A DNA stretch of 64,000 nt from an uncultured Candidatus Saccharibacteria bacterium. Lineage in GTDB: Bacteria > Patescibacteriota > Minisyncoccia > Phycocordibacterales > UBA9973. The stretch is taken from contig CAZWJU010000003.1 of NCBI GenBank assembly GCA_964634365.1, forward strand, positions 36,890-100,889, given 5' to 3'. Positions within the stretch are counted from its first letter, which is position 1, and each line of letters starts with the position of its first letter. Under the pieces are notes generated by a model. The model was not told the origin of the DNA, ran no database searches, and saw nothing but the letters and a program-made list of their open reading frames with translations. Of this stretch, positions 28,118 through 38,859 are shown one piece after another. Made by a program: the position numbers and the translations under genes.

Positions 28118-28831
28118 TTACCAAGGCTTGAAATCGCTGTTTATCTCTTCAAAATTATCTAGAGTATCTGCAAATTGTTCTTGGTGAGCATCCAAGATAT
28201 CAGAAATTTCATCTTGGTATAAAGTTTCCTTATCGATATATTTAGACTTATCTTTTGTGTCACCTAAAACTAAATCTTGTTTTAATTTTGCGAGCGGACC
28301 TCTATTTATTCTTTCAATCTTTTCTGGCTTTAAGTTTTTTAAAGTTTTTAAATTATCTCTACTACCAGACTTATCTTTATCGCCTTTTCTAAATCTCCTA
28401 ATAACATGATGAGGTTCTTCTATTCTATCTGCACTCAAAGACTGTTTTTCTGAGGTAGATTGAATTTCTCCTGAACTGATTAGGTCTGAGCCCAAAATAT
28501 TATTAAATTCTATTCCCGACTGTTTTTCTGACTCTTCTAACTCAGCTTTTTTAGCATTGTAAAAAGCTCTATCGTACGGGTCGTCCATATCAAGATAATG
28601 CCCTCCGAAATAGAAAGCGGATTTTTTATTTTCGATATTTTGTAAATCAACCCTGTCGTCTTCAAGCTCCCCAGCATAATCATCTGTGTAAGTATCGCTA
28701 CTCTCTCCATATCTCTCCCAAGAATTGTCACTGGGTTCGTGTGCCTCGTCTATAGGAACATATATGTTTTTATGATGCCTTGGTTCTGGGTACTCTTCTT
28801 TAGTCTCGCTCTCCCATAAATTTTCTTTCAT
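28118..28831 (-). CDS. Hypothetical acidic, probably disordered protein
   Basis: 237-aa ORF with TATAAT 6 nt before the ATG. Confidence 0.6.
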   Translation of the reverse strand: MKENLWESETKEEYPEPRHHKNIYVPIDEAHEPSDNSWERYGESSDTYTDDYAGELEDDRVDLQNIENKKSAFYFGGHYLDMDDPYDRAFYNAKKAELEESEKQSGIEFNNILGSDLISSGEIQSTSEKQSLSADRIEEPHHVIRRFRKGDKDKSGSRDNLKTLKNLKPEKIERINRGPLAKLKQDLVLGDTKDKSKYIDKETLYQDEISDILDAHQEQFADTLDNFEEINSDFKPW

Positions 28832-28890
28832 AAAAATATTATACTAAAAAATACTATAAAATAGAAAATCGCCAAATTGGCGATTTTGTC

Positions 28891-29538
28891 TTATACACCT
28901 ACGGATCGGTGTATTTTTTTCTCTTGTTTGGGGGCTTTGTAAGTTCTGTTCAATATATATATTACAAATGCACCCCACAATAGAGCAGTTGATGTGGCAT
29001 CAATAAAGTCTTTAAATGGTAATCCTAATAAATTAAAAAATCTCATAAAAACTAGGATTATCAAGAAAAAGACAACGCCTGCGCCAAGTGTCTCCTTGTG
29101 ATAGCCTTGCCTATCTTTCCTGCCAAAAATTCCATTATTGGAAATCCTGTCTGAGATAAATAAAACAAGGAAAGACCACAAGAACAGAGCGATAAATATG
29201 TTCAACTGGCCGTAAGATTTCTCTCGACTGACCTCGTTTTGATATATAATGTTCCAGCTTCCATCGAACATGTACGCTCTCTCATACCGTACATCCCAAG
29301 CCTTTTTAGGGAAAATAGGGATATTGAAAAACCTGGCGTACTCTCTTTCTCTTTCTACGAAAGTGACTAGGAGTTGCTCTCCTTGATTTTTGAACAAAAA
29401 AACAGCGTCGTCCGAAGACAAGTGGTCCGGCTTTGTACGTATCACATATTTAGGAACCCCAAATTCGGGGTCGGTTTCTGCATTTGCTTCATATATCTGA
29501 AACAAAAAAGATACAACAAAAAAGAGCAGAATTTTCAT
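28891..29538 (-). CDS. Hypothetical membrane protein (signal peptide, soluble domain, 3 TM helices)
   Basis: Hydrophobicity pattern; own terminator at 28865-28887. Confidence 0.6.
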   Translation of the reverse strand: MKILLFFVVSFLFQIYEANAETDPEFGVPKYVIRTKPDHLSSDDAVFLFKNQGEQLLVTFVEREREYARFFNIPIFPKKAWDVRYERAYMFDGSWNIIYQNEVSREKSYGQLNIFIALFLWSFLVLFISDRISNNGIFGRKDRQGYHKETLGAGVVFFLIILVFMRFFNLLGLPFKDFIDATSTALLWGAFVIYILNRTYKAPKQEKKIHRSVGV

Positions 29539-29589
29539 AGTGCGTATTTTTTCGCATAGTACTCCGAAAGAGGTCTGTTGTCAAACGAT

Positions 29590-30171
29590 TTATGACATTA
29601 AATCTTCAAGTATTTTTACTGCTTCTGGCAGAGTAGAAATATTGTCAGATTCTGTGAAATGCCCCATCTCGTGCATGACCAAGGTTTTTGCCCTCAAGCT
29701 CTCTTCTAAAAGTTTTTTGTTTTCTTCTAGTGGAACATATGGGTCGTTGTCTGAAAATATAGCAGAAATTTTGTTTGTATGAGAAAGTATTTTTTCAAAA
29801 TTTATAGGTGTTTCAAGCCAAGGCTTTGCAATTTCTGGATTTTCATCTTCATCTAAGTTTTCAAGAGTAAGATAAAACCACGGAGCAATAAGCAAAACTC
29901 CCCCAACTTTTTTATCCTCGGGGATGGACTCTATAAAACGGAGAGCTGTCTGGCACCCTACACTATGTCCTACAAAAAAAGTATTCTCATCTACCTCCCC
30001 TGCTCCTTCGCGAAGAGCAGAAACCCAATCCTCTATAGTCGGAGTATCTGGATGTGGCATAGCTGGCGCAAAAACTTCATATCCAGAAGATTGCATAGTC
30101 TCTCTTATCCACTTTAGCATCGATTCATCGGGACTCCCCGACCAACCATGTGCAATAATTATTTTTTTCAT
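29590..30171 (-). CDS. RBBP9/YdeN-family alpha/beta hydrolase
   Basis: AHGW, VGHSVG nucleophile elbow, SDNDPYV, GHF. Confidence 0.92.
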   Translation of the reverse strand: MKKIIIAHGWSGSPDESMLKWIRETMQSSGYEVFAPAMPHPDTPTIEDWVSALREGAGEVDENTFFVGHSVGCQTALRFIESIPEDKKVGGVLLIAPWFYLTLENLDEDENPEIAKPWLETPINFEKILSHTNKISAIFSDNDPYVPLEENKKLLEESLRAKTLVMHEMGHFTESDNISTLPEAVKILEDLMS

Positions 30172-30172
30172 A

Positions 30173-30778
30173 TTAGTTTATTTCATTCTTAAATTCTTCA
30201 AAAGTCATACCATCTGCCCAGTTCTTTACTGGAACATTTTTTAGTAAATATTCTTTTTCTTCCTGATTTCCAGAATACACATCTACTGCTTCATTTAGAA
30301 CATAGACATCATACCCACGAAAAGTTAAGTCTTGAGCGGTAGAAAGAACACAGCAGTCTAGTGTTAGACCAATCAAAACTATTTTATTTTTTTCTTCGAC
30401 AGTACCTATTGTTTCATTTAGCCAATTCGTAAAAAGCTCTGGATCTGGGTAAGGCAAATTTGGCACTGCATCTTTATCTCCCCTGCCTTCTCTTATCCAT
30501 TCTGGAGAATTCATACTTTTTATCCAAATATTTTGATCTTTTACATCCTCTGGTATTTCTGACTCATAACCAAAAGTTCCAGGGTGACAAAGGTCGCCTG
30601 TATCACCTTGTCTTGGCTGTCTATAGTCAGAGATTATTTCATATATTTTTATATTTTTTTCTCGCAGAAATGGAACGAGTTCGTTTTTTATAAAGGCAAC
30701 ACTTGGCCGCTCTCTAAAAGCCCTTCCTTTTAGGTCTGTAAAATCTTTTTGTAAATCGATAGAAATTATTTTAATCAT
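30173..30778 (-). CDS. Isochorismatase-family cysteine hydrolase
   Basis: IDLQKDF, GLTLDCCVLSTA...GYDV; start at MIKII. Confidence 0.85.
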   Translation of the reverse strand: MIKIISIDLQKDFTDLKGRAFRERPSVAFIKNELVPFLREKNIKIYEIISDYRQPRQGDTGDLCHPGTFGYESEIPEDVKDQNIWIKSMNSPEWIREGRGDKDAVPNLPYPDPELFTNWLNETIGTVEEKNKIVLIGLTLDCCVLSTAQDLTFRGYDVYVLNEAVDVYSGNQEEKEYLLKNVPVKNWADGMTFEEFKNEIN

Positions 30779-30779
30779 A

Positions 30780-31118
30780 CTAGTACATTTTACTACCATT
30801 TGGGACTTTGCGTTCAGGTTCTGTTAGAACAACATCACCATTTTCATCGGAAAAACCCGTGGTCAAAACTTCTGAAACAAATGGACCTATTTGCTTTGGT
30901 GCGAAATTACACACGCAAACCACTTGCCTACCAACAAGACTTTCTTTTGTGTAGTGTTTTGTAATCTGCGCACTAGAATTTTTTATCCCTATTTCCGGAC
31001 CAAGATCAATCTTCAGTTTATACGCAGGTTTACGAGCCTCGGGAAAATCCAATACTTCAAGCACAGTTCCGACTCGCAATTCTACTTTTTCAAAATCATT
31101 CCAAGTTATTTCGTTCAT
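30780..31118 (-). CDS. csaA: tRNA-binding protein / chaperone CsaA
   Basis: [35 protein letters not shown]. Confidence 0.92.
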   Translation of the reverse strand: MNEITWNDFEKVELRVGTVLEVLDFPEARKPAYKLKIDLGPEIGIKNSSAQITKHYTKESLVGRQVVCVCNFAPKQIGPFVSEVLTTGFSDENGDVVLTEPERKVPNGSKMY

Positions 31119-31119
31119 A

Positions 31120-34100
31120 TTAGTTTATTTTTATCTTTTCTTCACCGTCTTCAAAAGACATTTCGGAAACTCCAGCGGTTTTTTTCAAATCCTCTTCAAA
31201 TCCAGAAACTGCATCTTTATATTCGGTTGCAAGCGTAAGCTTTATAACATCACTCGGTTTCAAGCCTTTTTCTTTTCGCATATCTTGGATAGAGCGAAGT
31301 AGTTCGCGATACTCCCCTTCGCGTTTTAATTCGGGAGTTATGTTTGTATCTAAATCTTTTACATAAATCCTTCCTTCCATTTCTTTTATTGGACCATTCT
31401 CATTCTGTTGATAAATTATTGATACATCTACTATATTTAATTCTTCTTTTATCAAATCTTTATATTTTTCAAGCCCTTCAAAGTTAACAGCAAATATTTT
31501 ACCGAGCGGTTGTCTTAGAGGAATATTCAATTTCTTGCGAAATGAATTTCCTTCTGTACAAAGATCTCGAACTTTCTGCATTTCTTCAATTATTTTTTTA
31601 TCTACCTTCCCTACTTCTGGCCAGCTTGTTAGATGTACAGATTCTTCATCTCCTTCGAGTTTAAGTTTCTGCCACATATCTTCTGAAGAAAATGGTGCAA
31701 ATGGAGCTATAAGTTTTGAAAGTGTTTTCAAAACATAGTAAAGAGTCTTTTTCGCATCCACATCTCCATCTTTCAATCTGTCTCGTGAGCGACGCAGATA
31801 CCAAGTAGAAAGATCGTCGATAAAATCGCGCATCTCTCTTACAGGCTCTAGAAGTTTGAAACTATCCATATTTTTTGTTGTGGACAGAACTACTTCGTTT
31901 AGTCTTGCGAGTATCCAAGCATCCAACACATTTGTAGAACTTGGAACAGAATTGTTTTCTATAGAACGATCACGGTAGAGCTCGTAAAAAGCCAAGACAT
32001 TGTATAGAAGGCCAAAGAATTTGCGGTGTAGGTCGAGTACTGTTTTCTCGTCGAAGTTTTTCGAATCTCCTGGTTGGTTTACGCTATACATCCAAAGCCT
32101 CAAAGTATCTGCTCCATACTTTTCTATCATCTCCCAAGGGTCGACGATGTTGCCGAGAGACTTACTCATTTTCTTGCCTTCGCCGTCTAGTATGTGCCCG
32201 AGACATATTACGTTCTTGTAGGCCCTGCCTGTGCCCATGAGAGCGCATACAGCATGCAGAGTATAAAACCACCCGCGAGTCTGGTCTATCGCCTCACAGA
32301 TGAAGTCTGCTGGGTAGCCATGTTGCTTCTTGAACAAACCTTTTTCTGGCTGAAATACATTTTTGTCATTTTCAAACGGGTAGTGATCTTGAGCAAAAGG
32401 CATCGCACCGGAGTCAAACCATACATCCAAAACTTCTTTCACTCTTTTGAATTTCTTGCCGTCACGCTCTAGTTCAACAGAATCAATAAACGGCTTGTGC
32501 AAGTCTAGCTCAAAGTTTTCATTGTGAGGAAGTGGGACAAATGGAAGTTCAAAAATTTCTGCATTGTTAATTCTTTTGATTGGCCCCATTTTCTTCAAAT
32601 TATCTAGAGAATACACTTCTGCCAAAAACTTCAATGCTCTCCCCATTCCGTCATGACCAACAATCAAAATATTATTATTTTGATACTTACTCTCGATTTC
32701 ATACATAAATTCTCCAACCCGTTTAACCAACTCAGAAAAATTCTCTCCATCGACGAAATCCTTTTTAGGAAAATCTGCATAATCCTTCTGATAAAACTGC
32801 AGCATCAAAGCTCGGTCTTTTCCTTCAAATTCGCTACTAACTTCCCACTCTCCAGCTCTTTCATCAAAAATAACTTTTTCAAAAGGAAAACCTAAGCCAC
32901 TACAAACTATTTGAGTTGTTTGTTTTGTTCTTTCAAATGGTGAAGAAATAATTACATCAATCTTTTCTTTGAAGTTAGAGATGCTTTTCTTTACTTCTTC
33001 TTTTCCTTTCTCTGTAAGCTCCGCTTCGTGCTGTGAGCGAACTTTAAATGTTGTCTCTGTATTATTTACACCTTGCCCGTGTCTTATAAAAAAATACTTG
33101 TTTCCACTTTTCTTTGTATACTTTTTCAATGTTTCTACAGAGTCGACAACAATTTTATCTCCGTCCCCTGATTCCCAGATCGGTAGAGGTGTTCCCCAAT
33201 ATCGCTCGCGAGATATTGCCCAGTCTTTGAGCTCACGAAGCCACTCGCCAAAACGCCCTTCGCGAATATGTGACGGCTCCCAATTGATACTTTTGTTATC
33301 TTGTATCATCTTGTCTTTGATTTTTGGATCAGAAACTCTAATGTACCAAGAGTCCCGTGCGTAATATATGAGCGGAGTTTTACATCGCCAACAGTGTGGA
33401 TATGAGTGTTCGTATTTTTCTTTTTTGAAAAGTAAGCCACGGTGCGCAAGGTCCTTGATAATATCTATCGCGACCTCTTCATCTTTTACAAATCGTCCTG
33501 AAAGAAAATCCATTTGCTCTTTAAAATGTCCATCTTCTTTAACCAGGTGAAACTTTGGCAATCCAACTTTTGTTCCGAGGATGAAGTCATCTTGTCCGTA
33601 CATAACAGCTGTATGCACTATCCCTGTTCCATCAGTTGTTGTAACAAAATCTGCACAATAAACTTTGTAAGCTTTTGATTTGTCTAGATCTTTTGGTGCA
33701 AGATTGTTGAAATATGGATATAGTGGTTCGTATTCCATACCTGCAAGATTTTTGCCTTTTAATTCTAAAATTATTTCATATTCACCTTCTACAACAGAAA
33801 GTCTCTCTTTTGCAAGAATTAGAATATCGTTTTCTTTTTTTATTTTTACATAATCGATACCCTCTCCAACAGCAAGACCAACATTCCCCGGAAGTGTCCA
33901 TGGGGTTGTCGTCCAAGCTAGGAAATATGTATTGTCTTGTCCAACAACTTTAAACTTTGCTGTTACAGACAGATCTTTGTCATCTTGATACCCTTGTGCG
34001 AGTTCGTGTGAAGAAAGAGCAGTTCCACACCTAGGACACCAAGGCAAAACTTTGTAATCTTTGTACAAAAGTTTTTTGTCTTCTACAGTAGACAGAATAT

Positions 34101-34590
34101 TCCAAACAGACTCGATATATGAATTGTGGTAAGTGACATATGGATTTTTTGTATCTACCCAGTATCCGATACGATTTGTAAATTTCTCCCAAATATCACG
34201 GTATTGCCAAACACTCTCACGACATTTTTGGTTGAATTTTTCTACACCGTATTCTTCGATTTCTTTCTTTGAAGTTAGGCCGAGTTCTTTTTCAACTTGA
34301 AGCTCCACTGGCAGACCATGTGTATCCCAGCCACCCTTGCGACGTACGTGGTATCCGCGCATAGTTTTGTAGCGAGGAATAGCGTCTTTGAAACTTCTCG
34401 CTTCCAGGTGATGAACTCCGGGCTTCCCGTTTGCGGTTGGTGGACCTTCATAGAAAACAAATTCTTTTCCACCCTTTGATTTCTCGACAGATTTTTCAAA
34501 AATATTTTTTTCTTGCCACAGCTTCAAAACAGCCTCTTCGCGAGAAGCTGATTCAGATTTTGTATTTAAATTTTGGTTTTCGTTTGACAT
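31120..34590 (-). CDS. ileS: Isoleucine--tRNA ligase (type 2-like) with inserted histidine-phosphatase domain
   Basis: [41 protein letters not shown]; insert with IRHGQ...VGH. Confidence 0.97.
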   Translation of the reverse strand: MSNENQNLNTKSESASREEAVLKLWQEKNIFEKSVEKSKGGKEFVFYEGPPTANGKPGVHHLEARSFKDAIPRYKTMRGYHVRRKGGWDTHGLPVELQVEKELGLTSKKEIEEYGVEKFNQKCRESVWQYRDIWEKFTNRIGYWVDTKNPYVTYHNSYIESVWNILSTVEDKKLLYKDYKVLPWCPRCGTALSSHELAQGYQDDKDLSVTAKFKVVGQDNTYFLAWTTTPWTLPGNVGLAVGEGIDYVKIKKENDILILAKERLSVVEGEYEIILELKGKNLAGMEYEPLYPYFNNLAPKDLDKSKAYKVYCADFVTTTDGTGIVHTAVMYGQDDFILGTKVGLPKFHLVKEDGHFKEQMDFLSGRFVKDEEVAIDIIKDLAHRGLLFKKEKYEHSYPHCWRCKTPLIYYARDSWYIRVSDPKIKDKMIQDNKSINWEPSHIREGRFGEWLRELKDWAISRERYWGTPLPIWESGDGDKIVVDSVETLKKYTKKSGNKYFFIRHGQGVNNTETTFKVRSQHEAELTEKGKEEVKKSISNFKEKIDVIISSPFERTKQTTQIVCSGLGFPFEKVIFDERAGEWEVSSEFEGKDRALMLQFYQKDYADFPKKDFVDGENFSELVKRVGEFMYEIESKYQNNNILIVGHDGMGRALKFLAEVYSLDNLKKMGPIKRINNAEIFELPFVPLPHNENFELDLHKPFIDSVELERDGKKFKRVKEVLDVWFDSGAMPFAQDHYPFENDKNVFQPEKGLFKKQHGYPADFICEAIDQTRGWFYTLHAVCALMGTGRAYKNVICLGHILDGEGKKMSKSLGNIVDPWEMIEKYGADTLRLWMYSVNQPGDSKNFDEKTVLDLHRKFFGLLYNVLAFYELYRDRSIENNSVPSSTNVLDAWILARLNEVVLSTTKNMDSFKLLEPVREMRDFIDDLSTWYLRRSRDRLKDGDVDAKKTLYYVLKTLSKLIAPFAPFSSEDMWQKLKLEGDEESVHLTSWPEVGKVDKKIIEEMQKVRDLCTEGNSFRKKLNIPLRQPLGKIFAVNFEGLEKYKDLIKEELNIVDVSIIYQQNENGPIKEMEGRIYVKDLDTNITPELKREGEYRELLRSIQDMRKEKGLKPSDVIKLTLATEYKDAVSGFEEDLKKTAGVSEMSFEDGEEKIKIN

Positions 34591-34599
34591 ATATATTAT

Positions 34600-34846
34600 T
34601 TTAAAAAATAAAAAACTCGTCCTCGCACAACAATTTTAAAATCATTGTGTAAGGACGAGCTTCCTCGTGGTACCACCTTAATTTAGGTTTTAGGTTATAG
34701 GTGTAAGGTTTTAGTAAAACCAAATCTATAAACTCAAACCCCTTGTTGCAGCTTTAACGGGCTTACCCGCTGGGTTCTACTTTATTTCTTCCCAGAGCGT
34801 ACCCACATTTGGAAGGGCTTGGAGCTGATAACTCCTAAATGACGCT
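34600..34846 (-). promoter_or_regulatory. T-box riboswitch (Ile) with transcription terminator
   Basis: T-box AAGGTGGTACCACG (34666-34679); terminator CTCGTCCT..AGGACGAGTTTTTT; AGTA and GCCCGTTA stem II/IIA elements; ATC codon at 34827-34829 in a small hairpin. Confidence 0.9.
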
Positions 34847-34902
34847 TATAATTTAATAATAGTTAGAAATGTGTAAAATGCAAGTCATGGTACAATATCT
34901 GT

Positions 34903-35145
34903 ATGGATTTATTGTCTTTCTCTCAAAACATACTAGGACACATAACCAACCCAGAAAATATTATTTTAATATTTTGGTTTATTGTACTTGTAGTTATATT
35001 CATATCCCTAATCATGATAGTTCACTGGAAACAATATGCTGAAAATATATTAGGCGGGCTTATACTTTTTGCCATATACGGAATTGGGGTATTTATCTTG
35101 ATTGGTAATGTTTATCAAAAAATTCAAACTTTTATAGGTATATGA
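34903..35145 (+). CDS. Small two-TM membrane protein
   Basis: Two hydrophobic helices around HWKQY; ATGA overlap with the next gene. Confidence 0.7.
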   Translation: MDLLSFSQNILGHITNPENIILIFWFIVLVVIFISLIMIVHWKQYAENILGGLILFAIYGIGVFILIGNVYQKIQTFIGI

Positions 35146-35672
35146 AATTAAACCCAGGAGAAAAGAAAATAGTAGTATTTCGAAAACACTGGTTTTATCT
35201 AGGGGTAGAAACTTTCTTGTTTGCACTCATCGCCATACTTCCCTACCTGATGATGTATTTTGGTGGACAATATTTTGATATATCAATTCCTGAAAAATTT
35301 ATACCGGCCTACGAACTATTTTACAGTCTATGGTTAGTCTTTGTATGGGTTGGATTTTTTGTTTCAATTACCAATTACTTGCTCGATATATGGATACTTA
35401 CATCTGACAGGCTCATAGACGTAGAGCAGTTTGGTCTTTTTTCTCGCAGAATATCTACTCTTCAGATCGATAAAATACAAGATGTTACTGTGTCGATGAC
35501 AGGAATTGTAGAGGAGCTTATAAACAGCGGAGAAGTTTCTGTGCAAACAGCCGGAGAAACTCGTGAATTTCGTATACCACACGCTAATAATCCAGAAAAA
35601 ATAAAAGAGAAGATACTAACTGTGGTACGAGTAAAAGCAAACGAAGTCAAAACTGTTAGGATAGAAAATTAG
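35142..35672 (+). CDS. Bacterial PH-domain membrane protein
   Basis: RKHW, two TM helices, ILTSDRLIDVEQ.GLFSR...IQDV, QTAG. Confidence 0.85.
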   Translation: MKLNPGEKKIVVFRKHWFYLGVETFLFALIAILPYLMMYFGGQYFDISIPEKFIPAYELFYSLWLVFVWVGFFVSITNYLLDIWILTSDRLIDVEQFGLFSRRISTLQIDKIQDVTVSMTGIVEELINSGEVSVQTAGETREFRIPHANNPEKIKEKILTVVRVKANEVKTVRIEN

Positions 35673-35699
35673 AAAACCACCCAGCGGGTGGTTTTGTTT

Positions 35700-36245
35700 T
35701 TAAAACAAAATCAGTTCATGCGCACACAGCGAATCGTAGCTGTGTGTATCAACAATTTTTTGCTGATCCTCGGAGCAATAAATAATCCTGTATGAATATG
35801 TCACAGGTGCGCCGTTCGTTGTAATTATCATGATTGATTTGATTTTTTCACTACTTTTAGCAACAAGGTTGTACCTGCGCACCTCATATACCAGGTCGTC
35901 CCAATATATGTGTTTTTTGGGATCTTTTATTGTAATCGAGCGTCCATCAGGATGACGCGGGTTTTCTTCATAAAAAATTTCATCCAGTGTCCCCATCACA
36001 ATCTGTTTCTTGATTTTTGCATCATGAGCAAACATGGATAATTTAAACATTTTTACTGTCGCAGCTCCAAAACCTATTGCTGAAATTAAAGATAAGATCA
36101 ATTTATCCATATTTTCTGCAGCCACAAGGATTTTAACCGATAAAAAACAAGAGGCCAGAAAAACTAATCCTAAAATAAGTTTATTCCTCTCTCCTTCTGT
36201 CATGGGAATTTTCTTTTCAATCTGAGCTTTTTCTAAGTGATTCAT
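35700..36245 (-). CDS. Hypothetical protein with two N-terminal TM helices
   Basis: 181-aa ORF between two sibling terminators. Confidence 0.6.
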   Translation of the reverse strand: MNHLEKAQIEKKIPMTEGERNKLILGLVFLASCFLSVKILVAAENMDKLILSLISAIGFGAATVKMFKLSMFAHDAKIKKQIVMGTLDEIFYEENPRHPDGRSITIKDPKKHIYWDDLVYEVRRYNLVAKSSEKIKSIMIITTNGAPVTYSYRIIYCSEDQQKIVDTHSYDSLCAHELILF

Positions 36246-36349
36246 ATATTATTTTGTTTTTTGGTGAACTATACAGGGAGCATATTAACACAAAATACCT
36301 TTTTAGTCCAATATAAAAACCACCCTGGATTTTGGGTGGTTTATTGATT

Positions 36350-37048
36350 TTAGAAACCCATTTCTATGGGCTCGTACTTTTCGTTTATGACCCCACCTTC
36401 TATAAGCTCCTCTTTATACCTCTCCCAGAAGGAGCGAAGGAAGGTGACTCTTTTTTGAGCAAGTCTTTTGCCTTCGTTTGTAGTCATTGTGCTAGCCACA
36501 ACAAAAAGTCTTTTCGGAAAAAGCTCAACACTTGCTCCTACTTTTTCGTTTAACTCCCCTGTGCAAAGGGGGTCAAGCGGGTTGTAAAAAGGTCGGTTCA
36601 TCTGCCCACCAGAAGAAAAGGTGCGCATGATTGCAAAAGCACCAACACTCTCGAGCTTGTCTGCGTCTTGTAAAATTGCAGACTCCCAAGTAGAAGGCTC
36701 AGTACCATTTGAAAAAGAGCATTCTTGTATACAAACCTTTACTCTTTTTATCTTTGCAACCGGATACCCAACTATGCTTTTAAGCAAAACTTCTGCCAAG
36801 TCTGCACTTTTACTGGGAGCGAGTTTGTTTCTCGGATCATCTTTCTTAAAAATAACTGCATCGTGGAAGATGCATGCCGGAGCCAACACCTCGTAGTCAG
36901 TTGCGTGTATTGTCTCGCTTTTTGCTATGCGCATAGCGAGATTCAACACACGTCTAGTGTGCTCAAGATCATGAGAATGATCATGCTCTCCTATGTGAGG
37001 CACGAGTAGCCGAAAACATTCGGCTATGAGTTGTTTTACATCCATCAA
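36350..37048 (-). CDS. HD-domain phosphohydrolase (YedJ-like)
   Basis: SHDLEHTRRV, FHD, LQDADKLESVGA...RTF. Confidence 0.9.
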   Translation of the reverse strand: MMDVKQLIAECFRLLVPHIGEHDHSHDLEHTRRVLNLAMRIAKSETIHATDYEVLAPACIFHDAVIFKKDDPRNKLAPSKSADLAEVLLKSIVGYPVAKIKRVKVCIQECSFSNGTEPSTWESAILQDADKLESVGAFAIMRTFSSGGQMNRPFYNPLDPLCTGELNEKVGASVELFPKRLFVVASTMTTNEGKRLAQKRVTFLRSFWERYKEELIEGGVINEKYEPIEMGF

Positions 37049-37089
37049 AATAACTTTTTTAGAACAATAGCAGATTGAAACAAATTAGT

Positions 37090-38805
37090 CTACATTTTCT
37101 CTGGAGCTTTTATACCTAGGATATAAAGACCATTTTTTTGAACTGTTGCGAATGCATTGGTTATCATAACTTTATAGCCACTGGTTTTATCTTCTTCATC
37201 TACAATTTGAGTATCTGCATAAAAAGAATTGAAGCTACGAGCAAGCTCTATAAGATACGAAGCAATCGCGTGCGGAGCATATTCTTTGTATGCGAGCGCT
37301 ACAACCTCAGGAAATCTATAAAGCAACTTTTCTATTTCAAATATTTTTTCTGTAGGATTTTGATTTGATATATCTATATTAGCGTTTTTAGCTTTTTCTA
37401 AAATTGAACGTGCACGCGCATGAGAATACGACAGATACGGACCTGAGTCGCCTTCAAATGATAGAGATTTATCAAAATCAAATATTATATCTCTACCTGT
37501 TGCTTGTTTTAGCACGGAGTATTTAAGCGCAGAAACTGCAATGTCGTTCACCAGATTTTTATCTTCTGCCCTATTGCTCTCTTTCATCTTTTCTTCTACC
37601 TTTTCGCCTATGTCTTTTAGTAGCGAGTCTCCTGTGACAACATCTCCTGTACGAGAAGACATTTTACCTGTAGGTAGGCGCAACATCCCATGAGATATAT
37701 GCTTTGTCTTTTTCGCCAAGTCTGGAAAAACTTGATTCATGGCTTCTAATAAAACTCTAAAATAATCATTTATTTCGTTACCGGTTACAACAATCGACTC
37801 ATCGTATGGATAAGTATCAAATTTTATCTTTGAAAGACCCAGCTCCTTTGCTTCATAAGTTGGTATACCTTGAGAATTTATAAAAACACGAGTGTGGAGT
37901 TTTGGGTTATATTTCTCGCCCTTGAAAACAACCGCATTGTTTTCACCGCTTTCAAAAATCCCATTTTCTATGTTTGATTCAACTATTTTTTTACCAAATT
38001 CACCTGTCTCACTTTCAAAAAAATAAAAATCAAATTTTGTACCAAGTTTTTTATATATTTCTTCGAAATATTCTAAGCTTTTTGCTCTTCCTAAATCATA
38101 AAATTTATTTATCTCAGAATCAGACCGATCGTATATTTTTTTATTTAAATCCTTGATTGTATTTTTATTTTCTTCTGTATCACCCTCGAGTTTTGACCCT
38201 AATGCATAGCAAGATCCTAAAAACTTAGCCCATATATCGATAGGTGCATTTTCATCGGGCAAGCTATCTTTGTTCTCTATCATTCCGAAAATCGCTTTTG
38301 CAACATGCAATCCTACGTCACCCTGATAGCATGCGCGTTTAATCTCTGCGCCATTCCACTCAATAATACGAGAAAGTGTCTCACCTATTGTGTTGGACAT
38401 GAGGTGTCCAATATGAAATTCTTTGAAAGGGTTTGGGTCTGTGTATTCTATGACTATTTTTTTACCGGAAAGAGATTCTGTCCTACCAAAATCTTTGTTG
38501 TTAGATATTTTTAAGATTGAGTTCGCGAAAAAATCACGAGACAAATAAACATTTATAAAACCTGCACCAGCGACTTCGATTTTTTCAACATCGGTCGGCA
38601 GACTATTTTGTATTGAATCAACTATATCTTGAGCGACTTCCTTTGGATTTCTGTCTATTTTTTTTGAAGCAATCAGTGCTATGTTCGTAGAATAATCTCC
38701 GTGCGCCAAATCACCTGGGTGCTCCCAGTTTATATCTACAGAATCTATCCCCAAATCTGCTATCGCAGACTTTATTTTTTCATCTAAAATACCCAACGCT
38801 ACCAT
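37090..38805 (-). CDS. argS: Arginine--tRNA ligase
   Basis: HGDYSTN, AGAGFIN, PNPFKEFHIGH, KMSSRTG, FEGDSGPYL. Confidence 0.98.
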   Translation of the reverse strand: MVALGILDEKIKSAIADLGIDSVDINWEHPGDLAHGDYSTNIALIASKKIDRNPKEVAQDIVDSIQNSLPTDVEKIEVAGAGFINVYLSRDFFANSILKISNNKDFGRTESLSGKKIVIEYTDPNPFKEFHIGHLMSNTIGETLSRIIEWNGAEIKRACYQGDVGLHVAKAIFGMIENKDSLPDENAPIDIWAKFLGSCYALGSKLEGDTEENKNTIKDLNKKIYDRSDSEINKFYDLGRAKSLEYFEEIYKKLGTKFDFYFFESETGEFGKKIVESNIENGIFESGENNAVVFKGEKYNPKLHTRVFINSQGIPTYEAKELGLSKIKFDTYPYDESIVVTGNEINDYFRVLLEAMNQVFPDLAKKTKHISHGMLRLPTGKMSSRTGDVVTGDSLLKDIGEKVEEKMKESNRAEDKNLVNDIAVSALKYSVLKQATGRDIIFDFDKSLSFEGDSGPYLSYSHARARSILEKAKNANIDISNQNPTEKIFEIEKLLYRFPEVVALAYKEYAPHAIASYLIELARSFNSFYADTQIVDEEDKTSGYKVMITNAFATVQKNGLYILGIKAPEKM

Positions 38806-38859
38806 AATCGAGATTCTAGCATAAAAAATAAAAAACTCCCCTTTCAGGAGAGTTTTAGA

